This document shows positions 1 through 7,238 of a stretch of DNA of 25,999 bases, one piece after another. The notes below the pieces were generated by a model, which worked only from the letters and a program-made list of their open reading frames with translations, did not search any database and had not been told where the DNA came from. Each line of letters begins with the position of its first letter. Within the stretch, counting starts at the first letter, position 1. The translations under genes and the position numbers were made by a program. The stretch comes from Actinomycetota bacterium (GTDB taxonomy: Bacteria; Actinomycetota; Thermoleophilia; Miltoncostaeales; Miltoncostaeaceae), in assembly GCA_040757755.1 (NCBI GenBank), contig JBFLWO010000001.1, forward strand, positions 1 through 25,999, in the 5' to 3' direction.

Positions 1-845
1 TCCGGGTGGATCTCCGCCTCATGCTCGTCGGCGCCGCGCAGGAAGCGCACCGGGAGCGGCGCCCCGTCGGGGCCGGCGTCGAGCTCGCGGACGAGGTCGT
101 CCACGCTCGTGAGGTCGGTGGCGCCGGCGCGTACGAGGAGGTCGCCGGCGCGAAGTCCGGCACGCTGCGCCGGGCCGCCGTCCTCGACGTCGCGGATCAG
201 GAGCCCGTCGCGGTCGGGAAGGCCGACGGCACGCCGCATGCGGCGCGCGGCGTGCGGGGGGGCGAGCGCCACGCCGATCCGCCGCGGCCGGACGCGGCCC
301 TCGAGGACGCCCTCCACCGCGGGCCGGACGACGGACGCGGTGAGCGCCAGGATGAACCCGGGATCGCCGCGCAGGGCGTTCACGCCGAGCACCGCGCCGT
401 CCTCGTCGAGGAGGGGGCCCCCGCCCGTGCCGCGCGGAAGAGGCGCCGTGTGCTCCACGACCTCCAGCCGGCGGCCGCTTCGGCCGCGGATCATGAGGGG
501 GTCCGCCGAGACCCGGCCTTCCGTGGCGCGCAGGCCCGTGCCGCCGGGATCGCCCAGGGCGACGACGCGCTGCCCGATCGCCGGCGGCGCGTCCGCCCAC
601 CGGATCGGGGCGGCGTCCCCGGTGGGGACGTCGAGGACCGCGATGCCGACGCTGCGGTCGACGCCCGCCAGGATCCCGTTGCGAGTCCCGCCGGCGAGGC
701 GGACCTCGACGTCGTCGCCCATGAGGGAGCGGGCGAGCACGGCGACGCGATCCGGGGCGACCACCAGGCCGCAGCCGCGGCGCGCGCCCCGGCCGAGGCT
801 CACCGTCGAGCCACGCAGAGCGGAGATAAGGCTTGCAACTTGCAA
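1..845 (-). CDS. HtrA/DegP-like trypsin-fold + PDZ protein, catalytic triad apparently lost (3' end runs off the window)
   Basis: Not in the ORF track because there is no stop in the window. Manual translation from TTG 845: MQVASLISALRGSTVSLGRGARRGCGLVVAPDRVAVLARSL...VDRSVGIAVLDV...IGQRVVALGDPGG...HTAPLPRGTGGGPLLDEDGAVLGVN...GLLIRDVEDGGPAQRAGLRAGDLLV. This is the S1C protease layout followed by a PDZ domain. Start codon uncertain. Confidence 0.8.
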   Translation of the reverse strand, partial: MQVASLISALRGSTVSLGRGARRGCGLVVAPDRVAVLARSLMGDDVEVRLAGGTRNGILAGVDRSVGIAVLDVPTGDAAPIRWADAPPAIGQRVVALGDPGGTGLRATEGRVSADPLMIRGRSGRRLEVVEHTAPLPRGTGGGPLLDEDGAVLGVNALRGDPGFILALTASVVRPAVEGVLEGRVRPRRIGVALAPPHAARRMRRAVGLPDRDGLLIRDVEDGGPAQRAGLRAGDLLVRAGATDLTSVDDLVRELDAGPDGAPLPVRFLRGADEHEAEIHP

Positions 846-854
846 CGTGCAAGC
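831..854. promoter_or_regulatory. Inverted repeat / TTGCAA repeats between divergent genes, candidate HxlR operator
   Basis: GCTTGCA(831-837)-N10-TGCAAGC(848-854), with TTGCAAC repeated twice. It overlaps the protease-like gene start and lies about 35 nt upstream of the HxlR start. Confidence 0.45.
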
Positions 855-887
855 AAAGGTACTCCGGTCGTGTGCGATGCTCAACCC

Positions 888-1304
888 GTGACGGACGATG
901 CGCATGGCGTCGCGGAGGCGTGCCGGGTGCTGGGCGACCGGTGGTCCCTTCCGGTGGTGGCCGCCCTGCTCGGGGGGCCGCTCCGCTACGGCGAGCTTCA
1001 GGAGCGTCTGCCGGGCATCGCGCCGAACATCCTGAGCGCGCGCCTGCGGCGGCTCGAGGACGAGGGGCTTCTGGTCTCGTCCCAGTACTCGGCCCGGCCG
1101 AGGCGGTTCGAGTACCGCCTCACCCCGGACGGCGCGGCCCTCGCCGACGCCGTCCGCGTGCTCGCCTCGTGGGCCGGCGCGCGCTCCGGCGCGGGCGGCC
1201 TGCCCGTGCACGCCCCGTGCGGCACGCCGCTGGAGGTCCGGTGGTGGTGCCCGACGTGCGAGGCGGCCGCCGGGCCGTCCGACGACGAGCCGATCCTCGT
1301 CTGA
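888..1304 (+). CDS. HxlR-family winged-helix transcriptional regulator with C-terminal HxxC...CxxC motif
   Basis: C-terminal 138 aa of ORF 6..1304 from GTG 888: VLGDRWSLPVVAALLGGPLRYGELQERLPGIAPNILSARLRRLEDEGLL...RFEYRLTPDG, plus the tail HAPCG...WWCPTC. Confidence 0.9.
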   Translation: MTDDAHGVAEACRVLGDRWSLPVVAALLGGPLRYGELQERLPGIAPNILSARLRRLEDEGLLVSSQYSARPRRFEYRLTPDGAALADAVRVLASWAGARSGAGGLPVHAPCGTPLEVRWWCPTCEAAAGPSDDEPILV

Positions 1305-1417
1305 GCCGCCGCCGGGTGAGGCTGATCACCGGTGCGAGCTCCTCATCCCACCGGGCGCCGGCATGCCTCTCGCCATGCTCCGTGCCTGCCGGCCCGGCCG
1401 GACGGGGTTTGCACGCG

Positions 1418-2107
1418 TTAGCGCGGCGCGGCGGACTCCCCGCGGTCGGGGGCCTGGCGGGGGTTGCCCCAGGCCTCGTCGTGCACGAGGGTGCGCCACG
1501 GACGGCGGATGCTCGCGAGGGCCGGCGGCAGGCCGACCGGGAACTCCTCCGGGTAGCCGAGCGGCGAGACGACCGGCACCTCGACCTCGGGGGGCAGGTC
1601 GAGGAGGGCCCGCAGCTCGTCCTCGAGGTAGAGGTGGAAGATCGTGGGCACGGTGCCGAGGCCCATGGCGCGGGCGGCGACGAAGAGGTTCTCCATTGCG
1701 AAGCCGATCGACACCATGTCGGAGTCGCGCTCCCCGGCGGCCTGGTCCGCGGGCATCGCGTGGCGCGGCACGCGCAGGCCCAGGATCCAGACGGGCACGG
1801 ACGGGTAGGTGCCGAGGGCCTGCTGCGCGTAGCCGTGCGCCCACTCGGCGTGCTGCTCCGGCGTCGCGCCCTCCGCGGGGCGGCGCACCGTGCGGAAGTA
1901 CTCGGCGCCGCCGCGGATCACGATGTCCGCCAGCGCGCGGCGCCTCTCGGGGTCCCGCACCACGAGCAGGCTCCACGCCTGCGCCATCCCGCCGGTGGGG
2001 GCGAGGAGCGCGAGCCGCAGCAGCCGGTCGAGGTCCCGGTCGGCGACCGGGCGGTCGGTGTAGCGGCGCACGCTCCTGCGGTGCCGGATCGCCTCGAACG
2101 CATCCAT
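1418..2107 (-). CDS. Nitroreductase family protein (FMN-dependent), paralogue 1
   Basis: MDAFEAIRHRRSVRRYTDRPV...LAPTGGMAQAW...AMENLFVAARAMGLGTVP. RBS GAGGAGG upstream of ATG 2107. Confidence 0.92.
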   Translation of the reverse strand: MDAFEAIRHRRSVRRYTDRPVADRDLDRLLRLALLAPTGGMAQAWSLLVVRDPERRRALADIVIRGGAEYFRTVRRPAEGATPEQHAEWAHGYAQQALGTYPSVPVWILGLRVPRHAMPADQAAGERDSDMVSIGFAMENLFVAARAMGLGTVPTIFHLYLEDELRALLDLPPEVEVPVVSPLGYPEEFPVGLPPALASIRRPWRTLVHDEAWGNPRQAPDRGESAAPR

Positions 2108-2145
2108 GTCAGGACCTCCTCGCGTGTCGGCGGCAGGATGCGGCG

Positions 2146-2151
2146 AGTCTA
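2146..2151 (-). promoter_or_regulatory. Candidate -10 element (TAGACT) for nitroreductase 1
   Basis: TAnnnT hexamer about 38 nt upstream of the ATG. No clear -35 element. Confidence 0.35.
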
Positions 2152-2184
2152 CGCGCGGCGCGCAACCCGTCCGGCGCGCCCTCC

Positions 2185-2211
2185 CATGATTCAATGGGCG
2201 TTGAAGCGATG
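2185..2211. promoter_or_regulatory. Palindrome TTCAA-N6-TTGAA in the divergent nitroreductase/osmC intergenic region, candidate ArsR operator
   Basis: CATGA-TTCAA(2190-2194)-TGGGCG-TTGAA(2201-2205)-GCGATG. It is an AT-rich dyad in a very GC-rich background. Confidence 0.45.
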
Positions 2212-2278
2212 GCGTCCTAGCCTGCCGCCACGGCCCGCCGGGCCGGGACCGGCAGAGCGTGCGTCACGAGGAGCGGCC

Positions 2279-2791
2279 ATGTCCGACGAGACCGTCCACC
2301 TGATCGACGTCCACCTGACCCGCGAACGCCCCCCGATCCGCCGGGCGACGCTGGCGGCGACCGGGGACGAGGTCACGTTCGGCGTCCCCGGCTGGCAGGG
2401 CGAGCACTACGGCTTCCCCCTCGGAAGCATCGAGGAGCACCCCGGCACGCTCGACTACCTCGTCGCGTCCGTCGCGGGGTGCCTGATCGGGACGTTCGGG
2501 GGCGCCCTGCGGGCACGGGGCATCTCCTCGGAGGGCGACCGCCTGACCGCCGACGCGCAGGGGGAGGTCGTGGTCGATCCCGACGGCGTGCTGCGCCTGC
2601 GACGCATCCGCGTCGTGTACCACCTGCGCGTCGACGAGGCGGACCGCGAGAAGGCGGAACGGGCCCACGCCCACCACGCGCGGTATTGCCCGAACGCGCG
2701 GTCCGTGTCCGCCGCGATCGACATCGCGACCGAGCTCGACGTCGTCTCGCCGAGGGACCCGGCGCCCGCGGCGGCGCGCCGGGCGGACTGA
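2279..2791 (+). CDS. OsmC/Ohr family protein
   Basis: Own RBS (GAGGAG) and ATG 2279. Shows GTLDYLVASVAGCLIGTF and HARYCPNARSV, the two conserved Cys of the family. Confidence 0.88.
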   Translation: MSDETVHLIDVHLTRERPPIRRATLAATGDEVTFGVPGWQGEHYGFPLGSIEEHPGTLDYLVASVAGCLIGTFGGALRARGISSEGDRLTADAQGEVVVDPDGVLRLRRIRVVYHLRVDEADREKAERAHAHHARYCPNARSVSAAIDIATELDVVSPRDPAPAAARRAD

Positions 2792-2798
2792 CCGGGCC

Positions 2799-3569
2799 GT
2801 GACGACCCCCCGGCGGGCCGAGGCCCGCAGCGACGCCGAGGCGGCCGCCGGGACGGGCGAACGTGACGTCGCGGCGATCGGCGCCCTGATCGGGGACCGC
2901 ACCCGCGCCGCGTTCCTCCTCGCTCTCCTCGGGGGAACCCCGCTTCCCGCGTCGGTGCTCGCGGAGCGGGCCGGCGTGTCGCGGCCGCTCGCCAGCGCGC
3001 ACCTGAGGAAGCTGACCGAGGGGGGCCTCGTGCGCGTGGAGCCCCGGGGCCGCCAGCGGCTGTACCGCCTGGCGGGGGAGCCGGTCGCGACGGCGCTCGA
3101 GGCGCTCGCGGTGCTGTCCCCGCCGGAGGAGATCCGCTCGCTGCGCGCCTCCGTGGAGGCGGCGGACCTGCGCTACGCGCGGTTGTGCTTCGACCACCTG
3201 GCGGGCGTCCTGGGCGTCGCCCTGGCGGATCGCCTGGTCGCGGAGGGTCTCCTGGAGGGCGAGGCCGGCGGGTACGGGGTCACGGACGCGGGGCGGGTCG
3301 CGTTCTCCCGCCTGGGGGTCGCGCCGTCGCGTCTGGCCCGGGACGACCGGGAGCGTCCCCTCACCCGGGCGTGCCGGGACTGGAGCGAGGGGCGGTTCCA
3401 CCTCGCCGGGAGCCTCGGGGCCGCGCTGACCGCGCGCATGCTCGGGGAGGGGTGGCTTCGGGTGCGGGAGGGGACGCGCATCGTGCGGGTCACCCCGGCC
3501 GGGCGGACGGCGCTGCACCGCGCCTTCGGCCTGGAGCCGGACGCGCTCCGCGCGGGGTCACCGGGGTGA
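2799..3569 (+). CDS. ArsR/SmtB-type wHTH regulator with C-terminal CxDH / CxDW domain (YdfF-like)
   Basis: IGDRTRAAFLLALLGG...ASVLAERAGVSRPLASAHLRKLTEGGLV...GRQRLYRLA. C-terminal RYARLCFDHLAG and RACRDWSE motifs. Confidence 0.85.
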   Translation: MTTPRRAEARSDAEAAAGTGERDVAAIGALIGDRTRAAFLLALLGGTPLPASVLAERAGVSRPLASAHLRKLTEGGLVRVEPRGRQRLYRLAGEPVATALEALAVLSPPEEIRSLRASVEAADLRYARLCFDHLAGVLGVALADRLVAEGLLEGEAGGYGVTDAGRVAFSRLGVAPSRLARDDRERPLTRACRDWSEGRFHLAGSLGAALTARMLGEGWLRVREGTRIVRVTPAGRTALHRAFGLEPDALRAGSPG

Positions 3570-3626
3570 GCGCCGGCGCGAGCGGCCGGCGGTGTCGATG
3601 GTCGATCAGCGAGCAAGGAGTGGCGA

Positions 3627-4286
3627 ATGGACGTGGTTGACGCGATCCGCAAGCGCCGGGCGGTGCGCACCTACACCGACCGGCCGGTGCCCGACGACGT
3701 CCTCGACGGGCTGCTGCGCCTGGCGTTCGCGGCCCCCACGGGGAGCGGCGCGCAGGCGTGGAGCATCCTGGTCGTCCGCGACCCGGAGCGCCGCCGCGAG
3801 GTCGCTGACCTCGTGATCGCGGGGGGCGCCCGCTACTTCTCGATCATGCGGCCGCGGCGGGACGGGACCACGGCCGAGGAGCACGCCGCGTGGGGGCGCG
3901 AGTACGCGGAGTCGATCCTGAGCACGTATCGCGTCGCCCCGGTGTGGATCGTCGGGCTCGTCGTCCCGCGGGGCAACTACCCGGAGGCGATGCGCGACGG
4001 CGGCCACGCCGACGACGTGATCTCCCTGGCGTTCGCGATGGAGAACCTGTTCGTCGCCGCGCGGGCCGCCGGGATCGGCACCGTGCCGACGACGGCGTTC
4101 CAGCGGTTCGAGAAGGACCGGCTGCGCGAGATCCTGGGGGTCCCGCCGGAGGTGGACCCGGCGATCGTGACGCCCCTCGGGTACCCGGAGGCGTTCCCGG
4201 AGGGCCGCCCGCCCGCGCTGAAGCGGACCTTCCGCCCGTGGCGGTCCCTCGTCCACGACGAGCAGTGGGGAGCCACCCGGGCCTGA
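3627..4286 (+). CDS. Nitroreductase family protein, paralogue 2
   Basis: MDVVDAIRKRRAVRTYTDRPV...AAPTGSGAQAW...FAMENLFVAARAAGIGTVP. RBS AAGGAG. Collinear with paralogue 1. Confidence 0.92.
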   Translation: MDVVDAIRKRRAVRTYTDRPVPDDVLDGLLRLAFAAPTGSGAQAWSILVVRDPERRREVADLVIAGGARYFSIMRPRRDGTTAEEHAAWGREYAESILSTYRVAPVWIVGLVVPRGNYPEAMRDGGHADDVISLAFAMENLFVAARAAGIGTVPTTAFQRFEKDRLREILGVPPEVDPAIVTPLGYPEAFPEGRPPALKRTFRPWRSLVHDEQWGATRA

Positions 4287-4296
4287 CGCCGCTCCT

Positions 4297-4329
4297 GTGC
4301 GGGGCGGGGCACGCGCGCCCGTCCCGCAC
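4297..4329. terminator. GC-rich hairpin between convergent nitroreductase 2 and topB
   Basis: About 12-bp stem GTGCGGGGCGGG / CCCGTCCCGCAC with one G-U pair. No U-tract. Confidence 0.5.
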
Positions 4330-4340
4330 CCGGCGGAGCG

Positions 4341-6893
4341 CTACGGGGTTGGCGTCCCCGCGGGCTCGGCGGCTCGGGCGCCGCCGTTGGCGGTGGCGGC
4401 GCGGGCGGCCTCGAGCCGCTCCGCCGCCTCCTCACGGGTGACGTCGTGGCCCTTCTCGCGCTTCCAGATGACGAAGCCGCAGCCGGGGTTCTTGCGGCTC
4501 TTCCAGCTGGTGCACCCGTACGCGCGGGAGTTCTCGACGATCTTGCCGCCGCAGCCGGGGGTGGGGCACTCGCCGATCGGCTCCTTGCTGGGGGCGGGAG
4601 CGGCGTTGGTGGTGCCGGCCGCGACCATCGCGCGGGCCGTGTCGACGTCGACCTCGCCCTGCTGGCCGCGGGCCTTCTTCCAGATGACGTACCCGCAGCC
4701 GGTCTCGGTGCGGCTCTTCCAGCTGGTGCAGCCGTAGCTGCGGGGACGCTCGATGATCTCGCCGCCGCAGCCGGGGGTGGGGCAGGGGCCGATGACGGTG
4801 CGCTCCGGCGCGAGGTCCTTCGCGGACCGGCCGGCGGCGATGTGCTCGAGGGCCTCCTCGCGGGAGATCGTCCTGCTGCCGACCCGCTTCCAGATCGTGT
4901 AGCCGCAGCCCGGCTCGTCCTTGCTCTTGAACGTGTCGCAGGCGTAGCTCTTCGGGTACTCGACGACGCTTCCGCCGCAGCCGGGGGTGGGGCAGGGGGC
5001 GAGGACGCGCCGCTCCACCTTGAGGTCGGCGCGTTCCTTGTCGGCGAACCATTCGACGACCTGGCGGGTGAAGGCCTCGACGTCCTTGCGGAACGCGTCG
5101 TGGCTGTCCTCGCCGCGCTCGATGCGGTTGAGGCGCTGCTCCCACCGGCCGGTGAGCTCCGGGCTGGTGAGGAGGTGGTCGCCGAGCATGGAGACGAGCC
5201 CGACGCCCTTCTCGGTGGCCCGCAGCGCCTTGCCTTCCCGCTCGACGTAGCCGACGTCGATGAGCCGCTCGATGGTGGCGGCGCGGGTGGCGGGGGTGCC
5301 GAGCCCGGCGTCCTTCATGGCTTCCGCCGCCTCGTCGTCGTCGACGAGCTTGCCGGCGGTCTCCATGGCGCGCAGCAGCGTGCTCTCGGTGTAGCGGGCG
5401 GGCGGCTTGGTGCGCTTCGCGAGCGCCTCGGCGGTCTCGCAGGTGGATGCGTCGCCGCGGGCGAGGGCGGGGAGGGACTGCTCCCGCTCCCCGTCGCCGT
5501 CGGCCTGCTTGTCGCCGTTGTCGGGCGGGGTGGGCTCCACGGCCTCGCCGTACACGGCGCGCCAGCCGGCCTCGAGCATGACCTTGCCGCGGCTGCGGAA
5601 CAGGTGGTCCTCGCAGCGGGTCTCGACGACGGTGCGCTCGAACCGCGCCGGCGGGTGGAAGACGGCGAGGAAGCGGCGGGCGACGAGGTCGTAGATGCGC
5701 CGCTCGTCGGGGGAGAGGGCGTCGAGGCGGTGCTCGTCGTCGGTGGGGATGATGGCGTGGTGGTCGGTGACGCGGGCGTCGTTCACGACCCGGCCGAGGG
5801 GAAGGCGGTCGAGGCCCAGGACGTAGCGGGCCCCGTCCGCGTAGGCGGGGTCGGCGGCGCCGACGCGCGACGCAACGGGCTTGATCTGCCCGGCGAGGTC
5901 GCCGGACAGGTACCGGGAGTTGGTGCGCGGGTAGGTGATGACCTTGTGGCGCTCGTAGCAGGCCTGGGCGGCGGAGAGGGTCCGCTGGGCGGAGAAGCCG
6001 AAGCGCTGGTTCGCCTCGCGCTGCAGGGTGGTGAGGTCGTAGAGGAGGGGCGCCTGCTCGACCTGCGGCTTCGTCTCGACGGAGTCGACGACGGCGGGGC
6101 GGCCGGTGACGGCGTCCCGGATCGCCTCGGCGTCGGCGGCGGCGGTGAGGCGCGTGGTGGCGCCGCGGTGCCACAGCCCGGTGTAGGCGGTGCCGGTGTC
6201 GGTGACGAACCGGGCCTCGACCTCCCAGTAGTCCTCCGCCACGAAGCGGTCGATCTGCAGCTCGCGGCCGACGATGAGGGCGAGGGTGGGGGTCTGGACG
6301 CGCCCCAGGGACAGGACCTTGCGGATGGACCCGGCCCTGGTGGTGGCGGCGCGGGTGGCGTTCATGCCGACGAGCCAGTCGGCTTCGCTGCGGGCGCGGG
6401 CCGCCTCCTCGAGGGGGCGGAGCTGCTCGTCGGGGCGCAGGCCGGCGAACGCGTCGCGGATCGCCTGCTTGGTCATGGAGGAGAACCAGGCGCGCTCGAC
6501 GGGCTTCTCGCGCGCCTTCTTCGGGGCGGTCTGGAGGATGAGCTTGAAGATGAGCTCGCCCTCCCGCCCGGCGTCGCAGGCGTTGACGATGCGCTCGACG
6601 TCGCTGCGCCCCATGAGCGTGTGGAGCGCCTTCAGGGTCTTCGAGGACCGGGCGTCGCGCGCCTCGTACTTGAAGGTGCGCGGCACGATGGGGAGGTCCT
6701 CGTACTTCCACTTCTTGTAGCGCTCGTCGTACGCCTCGGGGTCGACCTGCTCGACGAGGTGGCCGACGGCGTAGGCGACGACCCAGTGCTCACCCTCGTA
6801 GTGGTCGCCGGCCTTCTTGAGCTTCTCGGGGAGGGCGTTCGCGACGTCGCGGGCGACGGAGGGCTTCTCGCAGATGATGAGGGTCCGGCTCAC
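4341..6893 (-). CDS. topB: DNA topoisomerase III (type IA) with three C-terminal Cys4 repeats
   Basis: Toprim LIICEKPSVA...NACDAGREGELIF, SLGRVQTPTL, LYDLTTLQREAN, active-site ITYPRT, DHHAIIPT, GLGTPATRA. Start GTG 6893. Confidence 0.93.
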   Translation of the reverse strand: MSRTLIICEKPSVARDVANALPEKLKKAGDHYEGEHWVVAYAVGHLVEQVDPEAYDERYKKWKYEDLPIVPRTFKYEARDARSSKTLKALHTLMGRSDVERIVNACDAGREGELIFKLILQTAPKKAREKPVERAWFSSMTKQAIRDAFAGLRPDEQLRPLEEAARARSEADWLVGMNATRAATTRAGSIRKVLSLGRVQTPTLALIVGRELQIDRFVAEDYWEVEARFVTDTGTAYTGLWHRGATTRLTAAADAEAIRDAVTGRPAVVDSVETKPQVEQAPLLYDLTTLQREANQRFGFSAQRTLSAAQACYERHKVITYPRTNSRYLSGDLAGQIKPVASRVGAADPAYADGARYVLGLDRLPLGRVVNDARVTDHHAIIPTDDEHRLDALSPDERRIYDLVARRFLAVFHPPARFERTVVETRCEDHLFRSRGKVMLEAGWRAVYGEAVEPTPPDNGDKQADGDGEREQSLPALARGDASTCETAEALAKRTKPPARYTESTLLRAMETAGKLVDDDEAAEAMKDAGLGTPATRAATIERLIDVGYVEREGKALRATEKGVGLVSMLGDHLLTSPELTGRWEQRLNRIERGEDSHDAFRKDVEAFTRQVVEWFADKERADLKVERRVLAPCPTPGCGGSVVEYPKSYACDTFKSKDEPGCGYTIWKRVGSRTISREEALEHIAAGRSAKDLAPERTVIGPCPTPGCGGEIIERPRSYGCTSWKSRTETGCGYVIWKKARGQQGEVDVDTARAMVAAGTTNAAPAPSKEPIGECPTPGCGGKIVENSRAYGCTSWKSRKNPGCGFVIWKREKGHDVTREEAAERLEAARAATANGGARAAEPAGTPTP
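4461..4994 (-). repeat. Three 108-nt (36-aa) intragenic repeats CPTPGCGG-x11-C-x10-GCG(Y/F)xIWK
   Basis: Copies at 4887-4994, 4677-4784 and 4461-4568. The nucleotide core GCAGCCGGGGGTGGGGCA is identical in all three. Confidence 0.9.
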
Positions 6894-6901
6894 GGCGCGC
6901 C

Positions 6902-6910
6902 AGGTTAGCA
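6902..6910 (-). promoter_or_regulatory. Extended -10 (TGcTAACCT) 8 nt upstream of the topB GTG; likely leaderless
   Basis: Minus strand reads TGCTAACCT-GGCGCGCC-GTG. No SD sequence. Confidence 0.55.
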
Positions 6911-7190
6911 CCGGCCCCCGCCGGCCCCGCCCCGGGCGCCGGGGAGGCCCGTCAGGAGGAACAGGAGCTGGGCCCCCGTTCGCGCGCCCGCGCGCGCGAC
7001 CCCGGAACCGTCGTCGGCAAGCCGATGCGGCGGGTTTGGGGGGTTTCCGGGTTTCCGAGCCCGCGCGTCGCGATTCAGCGATGCGCGGGCGGCATCACGT
7101 CGCGAGAGTGACTCCAGCGAGGAAGAGTGCAGCCGATTCCCGCCCCGAAAGTACCGCCCCGCGAGCCGCTAGGAACGGGCGCGCCGATTC

Positions 7191-7236
7191 TTTCGGGGCG
7201 AGGTCCCTTTCGGGGCGAGGCCCCTTTCGGGGCGAG
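7191..7236. repeat. 17-bp tandem repeat (about 2.7 copies) forming GAAA-tetraloop hairpins just after the pfk stop
   Basis: TTTCGGGGCGAGGTCCC / TTTCGGGGCGAGGCCCC / TTTCGGGGCGAG. An inverted 10-bp copy, CGCCCCGAAA, lies at 7141-7150. Confidence 0.85.
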
Positions 7237-7238
7237 CG

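Noticed and set aside
6-887. N-terminal extension of the HxlR ORF (432 aa)
   Set aside because: It is the antisense shadow of the HtrA-like gene.
833-2791. 652-aa ORF apparently fusing a long N-terminus to OsmC
   Set aside because: The upstream part is off-frame to HxlR and antisense to nitroreductase 1. OsmC has its own RBS and ATG at 2279. Stop-poor frames are expected at this GC content.
4432-6908. Long ORFs 4446..6908 (+) and 4432..6711 (-)
   Set aside because: Antisense and off-frame shadows of topB, with no family motifs.
7191-7236. CRISPR interpretation of the 17-bp repeats
   Set aside because: The units are directly adjacent with no spacers, they are too short, and no cas genes are nearby.
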